From Eledone cirrhosa (Eukaryota), in NCBI GenBank assembly GCA_964016885.1, contig OZ024742.1, forward strand, positions 308,326,001 through 308,390,000: a stretch of 64,000 nucleotides of DNA. Reading direction: 5' to 3'. A program made the position numbers and the translations under genes. Below the pieces are notes generated by a model. It searched no databases and was not told the DNA's origin. It saw only the letters and a list, made by a program, of their open reading frames with translations. Shown piece by piece: positions 1-14,574 of this stretch. Within the stretch, counting starts at the first letter, position 1. Every line of letters starts with the position of its first letter.

Positions 1-725
1 AATTCGGAAAACAAAAAGAAAAAGAACTAGGAATATATTATGGCTCGCTCCTCCTTTCTCATTATATATTAAAACTCCTATTGCTAAACTATTCTTTAAA
101 GCTCTCGACAAATTGCTTCCCTAGATATTACTCAATATTTAATAGAGATACTATAAAATTAACTTGTTCAACCACCAGTAATTTAGCGCAGAATATTAAT
201 AGAATTAATAATAGAAACTTAAAACCTAACCAGAATACCATTAGCAACCCCAGCAATATCCAATTTAATAATACGGCTCCTAGTAACTTGAATTTTGATA
301 AATGTAACTGTAGAAATAAATCTAACTGTCCGTTAAATAACAATTGTTTAGCTAAAAATATAGTATATAATTGTAATGTAAAAACTAAATTAAATTCATT
401 TAATTATGTAGGTTCTACTTCCACAGACTTTAAATCTCGTTTTAATAACCACAAATGCTCTTTTACGAATATAAATAAAAAATCTTCAACTTCTCTATCT
501 AGCTTACTATGGGACCTAAAATCAAAGAACATTAACTATTCTTTACTTTGGAATATTACCTCCAAAGCTCCTCCATTCAATTCTTCTTCTGAAAAGTGTG
601 CTCTTTGTATGGAGGAAATATTCTTTATATTAAAAAGCAAAAATTCTGTGAATTTAAGGAACAATCTTTTCAGTTGCTGCAAACATAGATTAAATTCAAC
701 GTTTAAATATGAATTTAAAATGTAA
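1..725 (+). mobile_element. Penelope-like element (PLE) ORF C-terminus: linker, Cys-rich knuckle and GIY-YIG endonuclease (frameshifted, runs off the window start)
   Basis: ORF 81..725 contains IFNRDTIKLTCS, CNCRNKSNCPLNNNCL, NIVY..YVG..FKSRFNNHKCSF and CALCMEE..CCKH. An upstream frame gives RNILWLAPPFS, matching the PLE 'IWFNPP' motif. Confidence 0.9.
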
Positions 726-1246
726 TATATAACTCATCTTATTAAACCTATCGATAAATCATTAGATTCCTTCATACAACTGCCTAAAACTCTCTTAAAT
801 GAAAAGAATTTTTCCTTAACAAAATGTTTCCTTGAAAATTCTTCTAGATAAACATACTGAACATTTTTTTTAAAAGAAGGGATTTTGAAAATTTCTCTTA
901 TGGGTATAAAAAATTAAGATAAACATACGGAAAGTTTCTAAAAAAGTTTTTTTTTGTTAATTCCTCTGATATAAAAAAAATTATAATTCATATTTTATAC
1001 TGTGGGTTTTTTTTCTATATATTCTTATATTTTTTAAATTATATTGCTTAAAAATTATATTGCTTAAAAATTATAATTCCTTTTAAAATTATATAATTAT
1101 ATTTTTGAAAATTGTAATTCCTTTTAAAATTATAATCCTTTTAAAAATTATAACTCATATTTTATTTTATATTATGTATTTTGTATTTATATATATATAT
1201 GTATATATATGTGTGTATATGTACGTATATATATATATATATATAT

Positions 1247-1440
1247 TGTGAAGGCGTGCGGCTGAGTGGTTATAGAATTGGATTCACAATCTTGAGGTTG
1301 TGAGTTCGATTCCTGGACCGGGCGTTGCGTTATGTCCTTGAGCAAGACACTTTATTTCACGTTGCTCCTTCTACCTGGAGTTGCGACCGAGAGATAGTAC
1401 TAGCAACTGGAAAGACCAACGAAAACATTGTTTCCTCGGT
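1247..1440 (+). mobile_element. tRNA-derived SINE with CORE/Meta-like central block
   Basis: A box GGCTGAGTGG, B box GAGTTCGATTCC, then TGTCCTTGAGCAAGACACTT. Confidence 0.75.
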
Positions 1441-2106
1441 CCGATTTGACGAAAGTCGATCGATTAAAAAATAAAAAATAAAATATATGTGTGTGTGTGT
1501 GTGTGTATATGTATATGTCTATGTATATGTATACATGTATGTATGACTATGTATGTGTATATATATCGAAATGTATAATTTGAATACATTCTATGAATGA
1601 ACTCGTATAAAAGGTTTTTTTACGGTTTATGCTTTAGATATATTCTTATGAAAAACTTTAAACATTAAGACGTTATAGTAAACAAACTTATATTTTAACA
1701 GTCACAACTGTATAACAGGTGGATTTATGAAATATATAAAATTTATAAAATTATAACTTACTATAAAAAAATATAAGGTTTTTTTATAATCTTAACTTTT
1801 TTTATCATCTTAACCTTTATAACATTTAATCCTTAGAGCTATCTAAATTACAAATAAATCACTTATTTTCCTTCACGCTGTATTGCTATTACGAAGAAGA
1901 GATTTTTCTTCGGTAAAATCTCTGAATTTCCATGGGTTTAGAAACATTCCTATATTTTAAACATAATTTTTTTGTTTTTATTATTTCTTATTATTTTTAT
2001 TGATAATTAATTGGAAAATTAATAATTAATTGTTGGTTGATGATTAATAATAAATGTATATATGGTTATGTAATAATAACATATATTTTTATAATGTTTT
2101 TTAATA

Positions 2107-2170
<64 letters not shown>

Positions 2171-2439
2171 ATATATATTCTTTTAATAATATATAGATCT
2201 CAATTTTTAATATATAGATCTCAATAATTTAATTGATAAATTAAACATTTAATCAAATTTAAACATTAGATAAAATTCTCCGGTTATTATCTTATATATT
2301 ATCCACGCTTTATTTACTCCGCGTAATTCATCCACTATATATTTATTCTTTCGCTTCATCATCTCATAAATTACGTTAATACAACACTCTCTCACTTAGT
2401 GTTTTCTCTCTTTCTCTTTCTTTTGTTTTCCTTCTTTGG

Positions 2440-2512
2440 GTTTGCTCTTTTTTTTCTTTTTCTTTTTCTTTTTCTTTTTCTTTTTCTTTTTCTTTTTCTT
2501 TTTCTTTTTTTT
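2440..2512. repeat. (TTTTTC)n simple repeat
   Basis: Seen directly. Confidence 0.95.
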
Positions 2513-2771
2513 TCCTATTCCAACGGCTTAATTTAAATGTACTGGGATTTAAACCTCTCCGACACTAATTTGCATAATAGACCAATAATAAAATTAGTAA
2601 CCCCACTATCCGGGGGCTTCCAACCGACATGGTCGCATTCTTTAAGGGTATGTCAATATCTGTTTATAAAACTGATCTATATTATATTTTATCTTATGAA
2701 AGCGCACCATAATTTGCTTTGGTGTCCTTGAAATATGTATAATGAAATAAATATGGTTTTATAAATATATT

Positions 2772-2907
<136 letters not shown>

Positions 2908-3009
2908 TAGGAAAATGTAGTGAAGCCAACTATTAGAGGACCCATATATATAGAGAAAGGAGAAAATATGCGATGAGATAGGGTTTGTTGAGGGGGATTG
3001 TTGTGGAGT

Positions 3010-3700
3010 TAGGAGATATCGGTTTTGAGGCGTTCGAATGTGTGATATTCAGAGATCTTTAATCTGGAGAGGGTAGAATGCATCAGTTCTTTATTATATA
3101 TTTGTGGTGTGGGAGCACCGATTGAAAAATCGGCCTTCCTGTTCAGGTAGATTATGTGTATATTTAGCTTTATCACTATACGCCATCTTTCCAGCATACA
3201 CAATTAACACTTCCTCCAGCCAATTGCATAAAATCGGAATCTGTCCATGATTTCCATTTGTGGGTGAAACAGATGCCGCTTTCTTTGGGATTCCACACGT
3301 GACTTGCAAAGTTAATGTTGGAGCTTTTAATCGGATACCCGAAGGTGTTCTCGAGGTTTAGAAGTGGTTTTTAAAGTGGCCTTTCGACATTCAGGCATAG
3401 TTTACTACCTCTAGCTGTTGGTTTGGTCGAGTAGTGGTAAATTGAGCTTCATATATCACGGAAGCTGCATTACATGCTGGGTTTAGAGGACATGTCCCTG
3501 ATCTTCAGCATGAGAAGACCGAGGAACAGGAACACATGAGACAACTGATGGTGTAAGATCTAGTGATTCTGGGACAGGAGTAGCTAGTTTTAATGGTATG
3601 TCTTTTAAACAGTGAAATGCATGTATATAAGAGCCAAGAATAAACACTATGAATAGCAATTGCTGCACGGGATCCCACTTGTGTGTAGGTTTATGAATGT
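3010..3700 (-). pseudogene. Degraded PLE GIY-YIG region
   Basis: Stitched minus frames give LFKRHTIKTSYSC..TCPLNPACNAASVIYEA..SHVWNPKE..KW..C*LCMLE, collinear with ORF 81..725. Confidence 0.75.
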
Positions 3701-4239
3701 TATGCATCATTATCTATCATATTTCATTAATGTGTATTTATTGGGTCGTCAAGTATGGAATTTGTAGAGTTATTTTTTCTACAAATTTCTACAAATTCCA
3801 TACTTGACGAACCTAATAGGTAATGAATTAATGAGGCAAGAAAGGATGGTTGTTCCTTGCAAAACCTGCAGGAAATGGTAATAATTTGTCTTAAACGTAG
3901 TGTTAGTCGGGAGATAATATATGTCGCGATAGCCACAAAAAAAAGGAATAATCAGCGCTAAAGTCTTCCCGGTGAGTTAATTCGAGGCTATTCAAAAACA
4001 ACGATAATAACGGAAGCAGCAACAACATAAGCAAATTATTTAGTTAAAACTAAACAATACTGTTGATACATCTTCTAGTGCATTCAATCATTTGATAGTT
4101 GATTCGTAAATATTTACTGCAACCACATCTGGCTAACGTAGGAGAGACGTGTATTATTACAATTTTAAATATATATTACCGTTAGAGTTAATTCTCCACA
4201 TCTATTCTTCGAAACAAACATTAAGTGTTAAGATAAGTG

Positions 4240-4410
<171 letters not shown>

Positions 4411-4456
4411 TTATCTTAAAATATATATATATACTTATCTTAATATATATATATAT

Positions 4457-4611
4457 AGGTACAAGTAAGACCCCGACGGCTGAGCTCAAGCCGTTTCGAC
4501 TTGAGCTCAGCCGTCGGGGTCTTACTTGTGCCTATTACCCACTCTACTACCCTAAGTATTGAGTACTTTGGTGCGTTATGGTCCACCTGGTTCCATACCA
4601 CTTTTCCTTCG

Positions 4612-4613
<2 letters not shown>
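4457..4613 (+). mobile_element. Mini inverted-repeat element, family A, copy 1: 3' half of an HHR plus tail hairpin, flanked by (TA)n
   Basis: Short reverse arm 4457-4500 and long arm 4501-4613. The reverse arm reads GAAA-cggct..agccg-TC-ggggtc. Tail hairpin at 4541-4567. Confidence 0.85.
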
Positions 4614-4668
<55 letters not shown>

Positions 4669-4883
4669 CGTGTGTGTGTGCGTCGTGTGTGTGTGTGTAT
4701 ATATATATATGTATGTTTGTATGTATGTATATATATGTATATATATGTGTGTGTGTGGAAGAGTGTGTATTTGTGTGTGAGTGTGCATGTATGTGTATGT
4801 TTATTTATGGATGGGGATATTGGTACGTGTGTCACACATACATACATATATATATATATAGGTATATATATATATAGGTGCAG

Positions 4884-4917
<34 letters not shown>

Positions 4918-5088
4918 TCATTTGTATAGAAGACGGGTCTGGAATTAGGAGATTGAATTGGATTAGTACATTTCACCGAGTTTTTTACTACAGAAAATAG
5001 TCTAATTATATACAGTAAAATAATGGGCATCAGCATGTGTGGGAATCGAACCTCAGGCTCTTATTTCTGGGATAATGTTGCAAACAGG

Positions 5089-5160
<72 letters not shown>

Positions 5161-5162
<2 letters not shown>

Positions 5163-5880
5163 TAGCCGAATTACCCGCGCCTTTCTGAGTTTCACACATT
5201 TTTTTTGTAAGAAAATGATGATTGATTTTAAATCAATGATATAATTTATTAAGAAAAAACTCTGCATTTCAATATTACTGGATGTATTATGCAATGCATG
5301 AAAAATTGGAGAACATTATTTTTTGTAATGGGCGGTGGATTGGCAGTATCGATAGAGGGTCGGATGCCATGCTTTCCAGCATAGTTACGTCCCTTTACGA
5401 TCTGAGTTCAAATCCCGCCGAGGTTGACTTTGCCTTTCATCCTTACGGGGTCGATAAAATAAAGTACCAGTAATGCACTGGTGAATTGCTGGCCTTGTGC
5501 CTAAAGTAGAAACAATTATTTTTTGTAATATATTAAATCAAAATTACATTATTAAATCTTATTCATATTTTGTCTCTTGTAAATCATTTTTTTTAAAATA
5601 TCAATTCAAAACTTAATCATTTCATTTTTGTTCAAATAATTAGTTTATTTGGGCTTCCAAACTTTCACTATAGAGGGTTTAACCCCATTAGGGTGTCTTA
5701 CTGTAATTGAAATTTGCTGAAATTTTGTGAATCGGCATCATATCTTGTCATTCACCTATGGTTTAAATTTCATATAAATCGAAGGGAAAAGATTTTCAGC
5801 GGCAGTTTGTACCACCGTGGAACCCTTCGATTAAAATGAAATATACTTATCCAAGTACCCTGGGCAATGTAGTTTCAGAA
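5161..5880. mobile_element. Possible Helentron/HINE-like non-autonomous element, with a SINE nested inside
   Basis: Starts ACTAGCCGAATTACCCGCGC after (TA)n, has internal AAATTTCATATAAATCG, and ends with a degraded ACCC-GGGCAA. Motif resemblance only. Confidence 0.3.
5331..5520 (+). mobile_element. tRNA-derived SINE (main family in the window)
   Basis: A box TGGCAGTATCG, B box GAGTTCAAATCC, core GCCTTTCATCCTTACGGGGTCGATAAAATAAAGTACCAG; TSD ATTATTTTTTGTAAT. Confidence 0.9.
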
Positions 5881-5882
5881 TA

Positions 5883-5967
<85 letters not shown>

Positions 5968-5969
<2 letters not shown>

Positions 5970-6058
5970 ATATTCTATCATACTCTGCTCTGTAAGAGTA
6001 TAGAGTGCTCAACCGGCATACCGGGTATGGAGGCATCTTAGCTACCATCAGACACACA
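5968..6058 (+). mobile_element. Solo PLE-type 3' tail between (TA)n tracts
   Basis: Bulged hairpin ACTC-TGCTCT-gta-AGAGTA-TA-GAGT-GCT at 5982-6009. Confidence 0.6.
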
Positions 6059-6219
6059 TATATATATAGGTATTAGAGGTGATCAGCAGTGATATATATG
6101 TAATATGTAATTAAATATGTATATGATGCTACACTGATTCTTTGTTCCTTTATATATATATATATAAAGGAACTAAGAATCAGTGTAGCATCATATATAT
6201 ATATACACATATATATACA

Positions 6220-6632
6220 TCCGGGAGAGATGACCCCTTAGCCTTTGTCAAGGCAGAATTCTAGGAGAAGGAAAACTCTGATATAACACCTGCAACCCTG
6301 ATGGTATCCAATGATGTTGACTTGTTCTTCTTTTTGGTAAATATCCTCTTGCTTAAGAGAGTGGGGCTGGCTTTGTGCAGTGCCTTTGCTCACTATAAAA
6401 GTTCACGGCACAGGCATTGCTTTATGTCTGGAGATCTCTCTGCACTTGTCGTCACATGGTACCATGGCCCCAGCACTGTGTGTCAATAATTGTCACAAGT
6501 GTACTGTTTGTACCAAAGTTTTCAAGTCGCTGGCTGGACTAAAAAGTCACACTTGTTCAGCGCATCGGTAGAGGTTCTCCTACATGGATATAAAGTAGAG
6601 GCCGTACTCGAAAACGAGTTGGCAGCCGCCAT
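6220..6632 (+). mobile_element. Internally deleted (bipartite) RTE-derived element: 5' UTR-like part, C2H2 finger and RTE 3' tail
   Basis: GAAGGAAAACTCTGA near the 5' end; CTVCTKVFKSLAGLKSH; tail GGCCGTACTCGAAAACGAG..GGCAGCC resembles the 3' end of the RTE at 58010-58040. Confidence 0.7.
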
Positions 6633-7367
6633 GTGTATATATATATGTATATACATCTATGTGTGTGTGTGTATGTAAAGGATCGCATGTTTAGAAGATT
6701 ATACTAAGGTATAGAACCTGCTTCTCCTTGTATAACAGAGATAGCCACAACTATGATCCTGATTCAATGTAACTGTTTTTTTTCTCTTCCTCTACATATA
6801 GATCTTGCTTCTCTCCTTTTCTTATCAGAGTTACAATATAACCATTATTGCTCTCTACTTATCTGAATGTAAATCCTGTTACTCTCTGTGTAGCTGTGTT
6901 CTAACGTACCAACTACTAACGCTATGACCCAACTACTATCGCTAGATATTGAGCCTGGTGTTTTGTGTAATACAGCTCTAATGTTACGTTTACAATGGAC
7001 ATGAGCCAGTCTAACATTTATCTCTGATACTTAACAGGGTTATAAAAAAAACTACAGCATCTCGGATCCTTGACCCAATATAACCGTTCCCTGTTTATGT
7101 TTAGATATACACCCTCATTCTTCTCTTTGCATGCTTTCTTTGTCTTTAGAATTTCTAATAAAGATTCTTTTCCTTTTTTCAATAACTCAGCAGTTCTATT
7201 ATTGTTAATTTCAGCATCTTCTCCAACTTTAGGCCTGGAAGCAGCAATATATAAACGGTTTCTCTTTACAACAGTATTTGCCATTATGACAATATTTGGA
7301 ATTGGAAAATATTTAACTCTTTCATACCTGACTCTTTAATAGGATTAAGACTAGACAAAAAAAACAT

Positions 7368-7551
7368 TAATTGTTTCTACTTTAGGCACAAGGCCAGCAA
7401 TTACCCAGTGCATTACTGGTACTTTATGTTATCGATCTCGTAAGGACGAAAGGCAAAGTCAACCTCGGCGGGATTTGAACTCAGATCGTAAAGGAACGTA
7501 ACTATGCTGGAAAGCATGGCGTCCGACCCTCTACCGATACTGCCAATCCAA
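7368..7551 (-). mobile_element. tRNA-derived SINE (main family)
   Basis: Near-identical reverse complement of 5331-5520. Confidence 0.9.
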
Positions 7552-8230
7552 TGAAATCTTTCTTCTTTTCTTTCTCATCTTTCTCTTTCTTTCGATCTTA
7601 CCTCTCTCCATATTCCTTTACATTACTACACTGGTTTCATTCAGATGTTGCCTGTAACCATCTCTCACCATTGAGTCTATGTATTAACTCTGCTTGGCAC
7701 ATCGCCACTCAATCCTAACATCTACGTATTTTATCAATCTAGCGTACTAACGTTCTCTAACATATCTAACGACTACACTTTTCATTTAAATTCTGTCTTA
7801 TGTGTTTAATACATCAACAACACGATATGTTTGAAGGTAGCCTCTGAAAACGTTTCTAAATGTATCCGAAAAGCATGCTCAAAAGAATCATATTTTTGGT
7901 GGTTTTTGTTTCTTTTGCTAAGGTGTCTTATTTTGCAAATTAACACTGTATCATATGAATTCCCGTGTGCCGACATTTATGATAATAGCTAATTTCCTGG
8001 AGCAAGATTTCTTAGCCTCCTGCATTCGTCACATACCGTTTTCTATTATTTGCGTGCAAAACTTGTAAAACGTGTAAATGCGACACACACACACACACAT
8101 ACACACACACACATACACACACACACACATACACACACACATATATATATATAATTAAAAGATCTGAGGCCATAATATATATATATATATATATATAATT
8201 AAAAGATCTGAGACCATTATATATATATAT

Positions 8231-8408
8231 AACGAAGGAGTTGTGGCAAGGAACCAGATGGACCATAACGCACCAGAGTACTCAATACTTAGGGTAGTAG
8301 AGTGGGTAATAGGAACAAGTATGACCCCGACGGCAGAGCTCAAGCCGTTTCGACGGCTATTTCAGCTGTCAAAACGGATTGAGCTCTACTGTCGGGGTCA
8401 TACTTGTT

Positions 8409-8411
<3 letters not shown>
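8231..8411 (-). mobile_element. Mini inverted-repeat element, family A, copy 2
   Basis: Long arm on minus 8231-8365, short arm on plus 8366-8411, (TA)n on both sides. Confidence 0.85.
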
Positions 8412-8451
<40 letters not shown>

Positions 8452-9038
8452 CGACAATAGAGAGAATGAAAGAGAGAGAGAGAACGAGGGAAAGAGGGAG
8501 GGATAGAGAAATAGAGAGACGAGCAGCGAGACGGAGATACACACCTAAGTATATCGTTTATGTACAATTTCTTTGTAACACAACGCATTCAATTTATTTC
8601 ATATATCGTTTATATTACTACCATTGAAAATTCTAATTCCATAGTATCCGCCGGTTTTTCTCGTTCTGTTTTTCTGTTCTTGCTTTCATGAACTTTTCAG
8701 TGAATATATTGTTGTTTCTTTGCTAAGTTCTGTCCTCGATATATTCTGGTTAATATTTTTTTCATTTCGTATCAATCTTTCATTCTTTCTCCCTTCCTTC
8801 TCGTATATTATCGTCTAAATTCGTATCACTTAAACATTTCTGACAGCTTGTTTACACCCAAACTACTATTCAAAACACCTACATAATATAGGCTTACACA
8901 CACACACACACACACACATATCTATATCTATCTATATATATACATACACATATATATGTATGTGTGTGCGTGTGTGTGTATGTATAAGTGTGTGTGTTTA
9001 TAAATATGTATACACACACACTCATACACACACACACA

Positions 9039-9150
<112 letters not shown>

Positions 9151-9198
9151 GAAATGAATAGTGATTATATAAAGTGTATATCTTTACTTTATTACTAA

Positions 9199-9237
<39 letters not shown>

Positions 9238-10364
9238 TATATTAAGAAGATATAATTCGAAACCTTTGTTAGGCTAAATTTATGCGATAAACCTATCCGT
9301 TTGGCTTCTTTCTCTCATTAATTTTTTTTTAAATTTAGTTATGTTTTTCCTTTTATTTTCAACGTATATTTCTTTATATCTTTCTTATAAACGTCTATTT
9401 ATATAATTTCCGACTCGAAAAAAAAAAAGTTTTATATCTCATATAGATTACTGTTAGTGTTTTAATGGGTACTTGGGAATAAATAAATGCAAATAATAAG
9501 AGACTAAAAACCAAAACCAGCGATACATCTCCACTAATATCAAAGCTATATAAGGACAGCAGGCGGGATGAATTATTTATAAAATACCCGATATCATATC
9601 TATGATGATAATCTAAACATATATGATATACATGTTGCTATCGTTGATCATGTGGATTTGTAGATATGTTAGAATATTCTTTGTTCCTGTTCTCTGTGCT
9701 CTTAATTCAAATCACGCCACTTTCACGTTTGTTTTCCATACTCTCAAGAGTTGATAAAAAGCACCAATTCAAGGTGGTATGTTGGTTATATATTGCTGGA
9801 ATTGTTAGGGGCTCTGTCTTGTGTTATGTCTTTCAATCTGTTGAATTCTGAGTTCGCCTGTAACGACTCTGGTTCTAGCTTTCCTGAAACTCTACATTTT
9901 CCTTAAACAATATTGGTGTCCTAGGAAAGGAAGACTTGTATGCATGGGTTTTCTGCATGTCTTCTGTGTCTTAGAAAGTAACTCTTAAGATATAAGGAGG
10001 CCCCCTATGCTGTTTGTTCTTGTTCTTGTTTGTCACACGTGAACCATGATCAGACATATCCTGAGGTATATTCCTGTTTTGTAATTATATTTTTGTTTTA
10101 TCGTGTCTTTTGTAGTTCAGAGCTTATTAGCCAATGCGTACCTTTTTTTAAAGGTGTTATTTGATAGAAACGTAGTTGCTATTCCCTGCTCCGTTATAAA
10201 GATTCCATTTTTTGTCTTTAAATGCATGCATGCCTGGCTCTGTATATCCTGAGGGAGTTATAGGGGCAAACAGATTGACATACGGCGGCGTGTCTAGAGC
10301 ATTTTAATAGACAGCGGAACCTATCTCCTCTCCAGATCTGAATACAGCGGATTTCTTCCAGAGG

Positions 10365-10570
10365 AAGATAAAGAGTGGGAAAATGGAAATGAGAAAGAGA
10401 TATTGAGGAAGAATCGACTCCATTACTAAACTGGTACTTTTCATCGACTTCCAATGAATGAAAGGCAAAGTTGACCTCGGCGGAATTTGAACTCGGAAAA
10501 CAGAAAGCCGAAACGAATACCGCAAAACATTCTATCTGACGTCCTAACGACCCTGCCAATTTGACGCCTT
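10365..10570 (-). mobile_element. Older SINE copy (main family or a relative)
   Basis: GAAAGGCAAAGTTGACCTCGGCGGAATTTGAACTC, the reverse complement of the core plus B box. Confidence 0.8.
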
Positions 10571-10650
10571 TTGTCTTTAAATATTGATATTTTAATATAT
10601 GAATGTATTACAGGGTAATACTTATATGAGAAAGTTTAACAATATAAGAT

Positions 10651-10834
10651 TGTTTCTACGTTAGGCACAAGGCCAGCAAATACCCAGTGTATTACTGGTA
10701 CTTTATTTTATCGACCCCGTAAGGATGAAAGGCAAAGTTAACCTCGGCGGGATTTGAACTCAGTATGGCGAGGGCCGTAACTCTATGCGCCAAAGCATGG
10801 CATCCGACACTCTACCAATACTGCCAATCCACAC
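10651..10834 (-). mobile_element. tRNA-derived SINE (main family) with a 17-bp TSD
   Basis: TSD GTTTAACAATATAAGAT at 10634-10650 and 10835-10851. Confidence 0.9.
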
Positions 10835-10899
10835 GTTTAACAATATAAGATGATCACCGTTTCGCGTTGTTGATTAGCTCCAGATCAAAACTATTTAGA

Positions 10900-12300
10900 T
10901 CTACACCCATAAATATTCCCGCAAAGCCCATCACTTATGTGTCTTTCAAAAACTGTCAAATCTATAACTTTGCTTTCATAGTTAAAAACCAGGAAGGGTC
11001 AATGACTCTTCCATTACTTCTGATCTTCCTGTTCATCGCCACCACTCTACGGTTTACATAATTTGGAATAAATCCCACCAGCTCTCTGATGCTTTATATA
11101 ACTGTTTCCACTGTAGGATCATATATGTCTTTTAAGTATTGATTTACACATCTTACGTGAGGCTCTGACTTAACCATTTGAGGTCATCGTCTCCATATAT
11201 AATAATAATCTTAATATATATACTGGAAATAAAGACATCCTTAATGTGTGGAGAAACAAAGAAGAAATTACAGAACCCGCATTGCTCGCAAACCTTGTGC
11301 ATCAATCAAACAAATGAGACTACTATCGCCATCACCATCAAATCGTTCGTGTCCAACTCCTAGATATCACGTACATATAAGCCAACACATCATTAAGTAA
11401 GAACACAGAGAACTGACGAGAGAACAAACACTATTATGCGTATCTAATATACGACAACAACACATTTAGAATGTCATAAGGTTACAGCTGTCCAGGCACA
11501 CTTACATATACATAGACACATTAGTATATCTCATCATATTTACATCATTCCTCCATTTCTTTGATACAGAAATACAACGTATTCAAAATTACATAAACAA
11601 AACGGTATCGTGTATCTAAAATAACAGATTAACAGAACTATTTTCAAAATCTATTTCCATTCGTACCCAATTGATGACAAATATTTTGAGGATAACCTAC
11701 ACCTCTACAATATTCCTAGAATATATGACTTTAGGAGGCATATCAATCTTGCCAGGATGATAATCTCACCTGACCGAAGAGTACCTTAAATGAAGTTCTG
11801 AGGCTGCAAGCATTAGCCTGGTGGGGTGGGGATGAAAGGATAATCTTAGAAATGTTCTTCCACATCACCCCCACATGCATATCTCACAGCCCAATAAGTT
11901 GTAAGCATTTTTTAACCTACCATCTATTAACTCTGGTTTTCTCCAAACCTGCACTGATCCAAGAACAGAGACATTTTACTATAGAGTTATGCCGACAGCG
12001 CCAAGAGAGAAATACTACACATATTCGAAAGTATGATTACACCTCTTTATCTGAATATGAACAACCCCAGCTGGAACTCCAAATGTCACTAACTTCGCCA
12101 TCGCTGATATCTCCTTTCAGCAAGGAATATTTAGCGAAGCGAGATAAAAGCTCCCAGGAACAAGCACCTACTAAACCAACCCTCATCTGTTGGGACATAC
12201 AATGACCTCCCAATTCTTGAAATGAAACATTGCCGCGTTTACACAAGGATAATCACTAGATCACCCTCATCAAAACCTGTTGCTACCTCCCTTCAGGTAA
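10900..12300 (-). pseudogene. Possible heavily decayed LINE RT remnants
   Basis: Scattered motifs across frames (KDIYDPTVETV; VTFGVP, similar to VTSGVPQG); no long ORF. Confidence 0.3.
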
Positions 12301-12945
12301 TCCCAATCTAATCGTCCCTTCTTCTCTCCTCATCCATATTGTGTTCTCCTTTTAAGCACCGCACTAAGAACAATCCCGAATGCTTCTTCATAATATATCG
12401 TCTCACTGAATTTCCAGGCCAGCCTATGTTATTCCTGCAACCATACAAAAAGAATGTTAACCTCGTCCATCTCAACAATAGGATTTTTATAGAAATTAAA
12501 AGAACAATTTTCACACGTTGAATCAAGAGAAAGACAACAGAAGCCTACAAATACTATGTTCAATCCATAATGGATTATACCAGTCGTGCCTGGCATTGAA
12601 TCTCTCAAGAACAAATATTAAAAATGACAACGTAAACGAACAGCACACTCTACATTATTATTTGCTACACACAGACAACAGCACGACACCATTATATGCA
12701 CAACCAAACAAAAACATTAAAATAACAGCCATCCTACAAATGCGAAAAGTAGTTTGTTACTGCAAGTTACGACATGTAAAAATCATATTACACTACATGT
12801 AAATTCACCTTCAAACAAACACTACATACAATATTTTGAAACACTGCCTCAACACCATCCTAGAAACATAGTAATTCCACCATCCTCAATCACTCACTTT
12901 CCCTCGCTCTCTATTTTTTCTCTCACTGTCTCTCTCGCTCTTGCC

Positions 12946-13037
<92 letters not shown>

Positions 13038-13595
13038 GATATATATATATACATATCTACACATGTACATATTTATATACATATGTACATATGTACTTAC
13101 ATATATGTATATTTATATATATATATGAAAGAGAGAGGGTGTGTGAAATGTGTGTGTATGTGTGTATGTGTATGTGTGTATGTGTGTGCGTGTATGTGTG
13201 TGTGTGCGCGCGTGTGTGTGTGTGTGTGTGTATGCATCATCCCAAACAAACATAAAACACAGAATTAACAACAGTAGAACAGTAGTCTTCCTCAAGGGCC
13301 CAACGGATTAATGGGATTCAAACTCATAACTATACCAGCGTGAGCCGTACATCACAAACTACTAAGCAACGCACTTTGACACCCGAATTTTTTAGGCCCA
13401 TTTTACACTAATGATATGGGATAACTAACTTCATTATATAAGTGATCTTAGCAGCGCGCTTTCACATCCTAATAATAAGTGACCCATGACTACCCTGGTG
13501 ATACAAGATAACTGACTTCTTACTTAATCGATACTAGAAAGATAGAAAATAGGAACCCGAAGCCTATAAATAGTGATATCAACAAACTGTAATGT

Positions 13596-13683
13596 ATAAT
13601 GTCTGTTTATCAACCATTAGAATAATATATTTTAATTGTAAATAGTTTGTTTGGTTAAGAAACTTCCTATTCTTTTGAACTCC

Positions 13684-13766
<83 letters not shown>

Positions 13767-13767
13767 G

Positions 13768-13825
<58 letters not shown>

Positions 13826-13980
13826 CAAATTTACATACATACATACATTTATACATTGATACATACATATATGTGTGAGGTCGATTGATATGAATTCGAA
13901 TTCAAAAGAATGATTATTTTCTAAACCAACCAGATATATACAATTAAAAGATATTTCAATGGTTGATAAACAGACATTAT
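13596..13980. repeat. 23-bp perfect inverted repeat flanking a microsatellite core (MITE-like or fold-back)
   Basis: ATAATGTCTGTTTATCAACCATT at 13596-13618 and its reverse complement at 13958-13980. Confidence 0.75.
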
Positions 13981-14422
13981 CAACGACATGTTTTATTCAT
14001 TTGAAAAAATAGTTAGGGTTAGTAATATGTGCATCAATCATAAAATGTGTCTAAGTTTGTCAGTGAGTATGTAAGTATGTGTGTAAGTGTGTACCTATAT
14101 GTTTATGAGTATATCGATGAATGTATGTGCTTCTACTTTGTTTTCCAAACCAATTTAGCTTTAGAAATGGAATGAAAAACATCAGAGATATTTTTTCTGG
14201 ATGTTGAAATCTTTAAATGAGTCACTAAACAATTATATTCTAGAAAATAGAAGAAAACATGTTTATGCTTTCGTCTTCTATTTCCTGGTCTCAGTTTACT
14301 TTGTGAAAACAAAATTATCCAGCCCAATTCATAACTCTCCCATTTCGAGGAAGTCAACAACTTACACATCCGAACATATTCGAGAAAAAGTACACGCAAG
14401 CACATACACACACTAGCATACG

Positions 14423-14461
<39 letters not shown>

Positions 14462-14514
14462 GTATATGTATATGTATATATATATATGTATATATATAAA
14501 TATATATATATATG

Positions 14515-14574
<60 letters not shown>

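Noticed and set aside
1885-1945. HHR-like C-GAAGA-agagatttt..aaaatctct-GAAT-..ccatgg downstream of the first PLE
   Set aside because: Good stem II, but two core defects and no convincing stem I. Possibly a decayed HHR.
7018-7339. Overlapping 88-aa and 89-aa non-repetitive ORFs
   Set aside because: No recognisable domain or splice context; could be a decayed TE.
9850-10200. Possible LINE C-terminal remnant (YKSSFPRT on minus)
   Set aside because: Single weak motif only.
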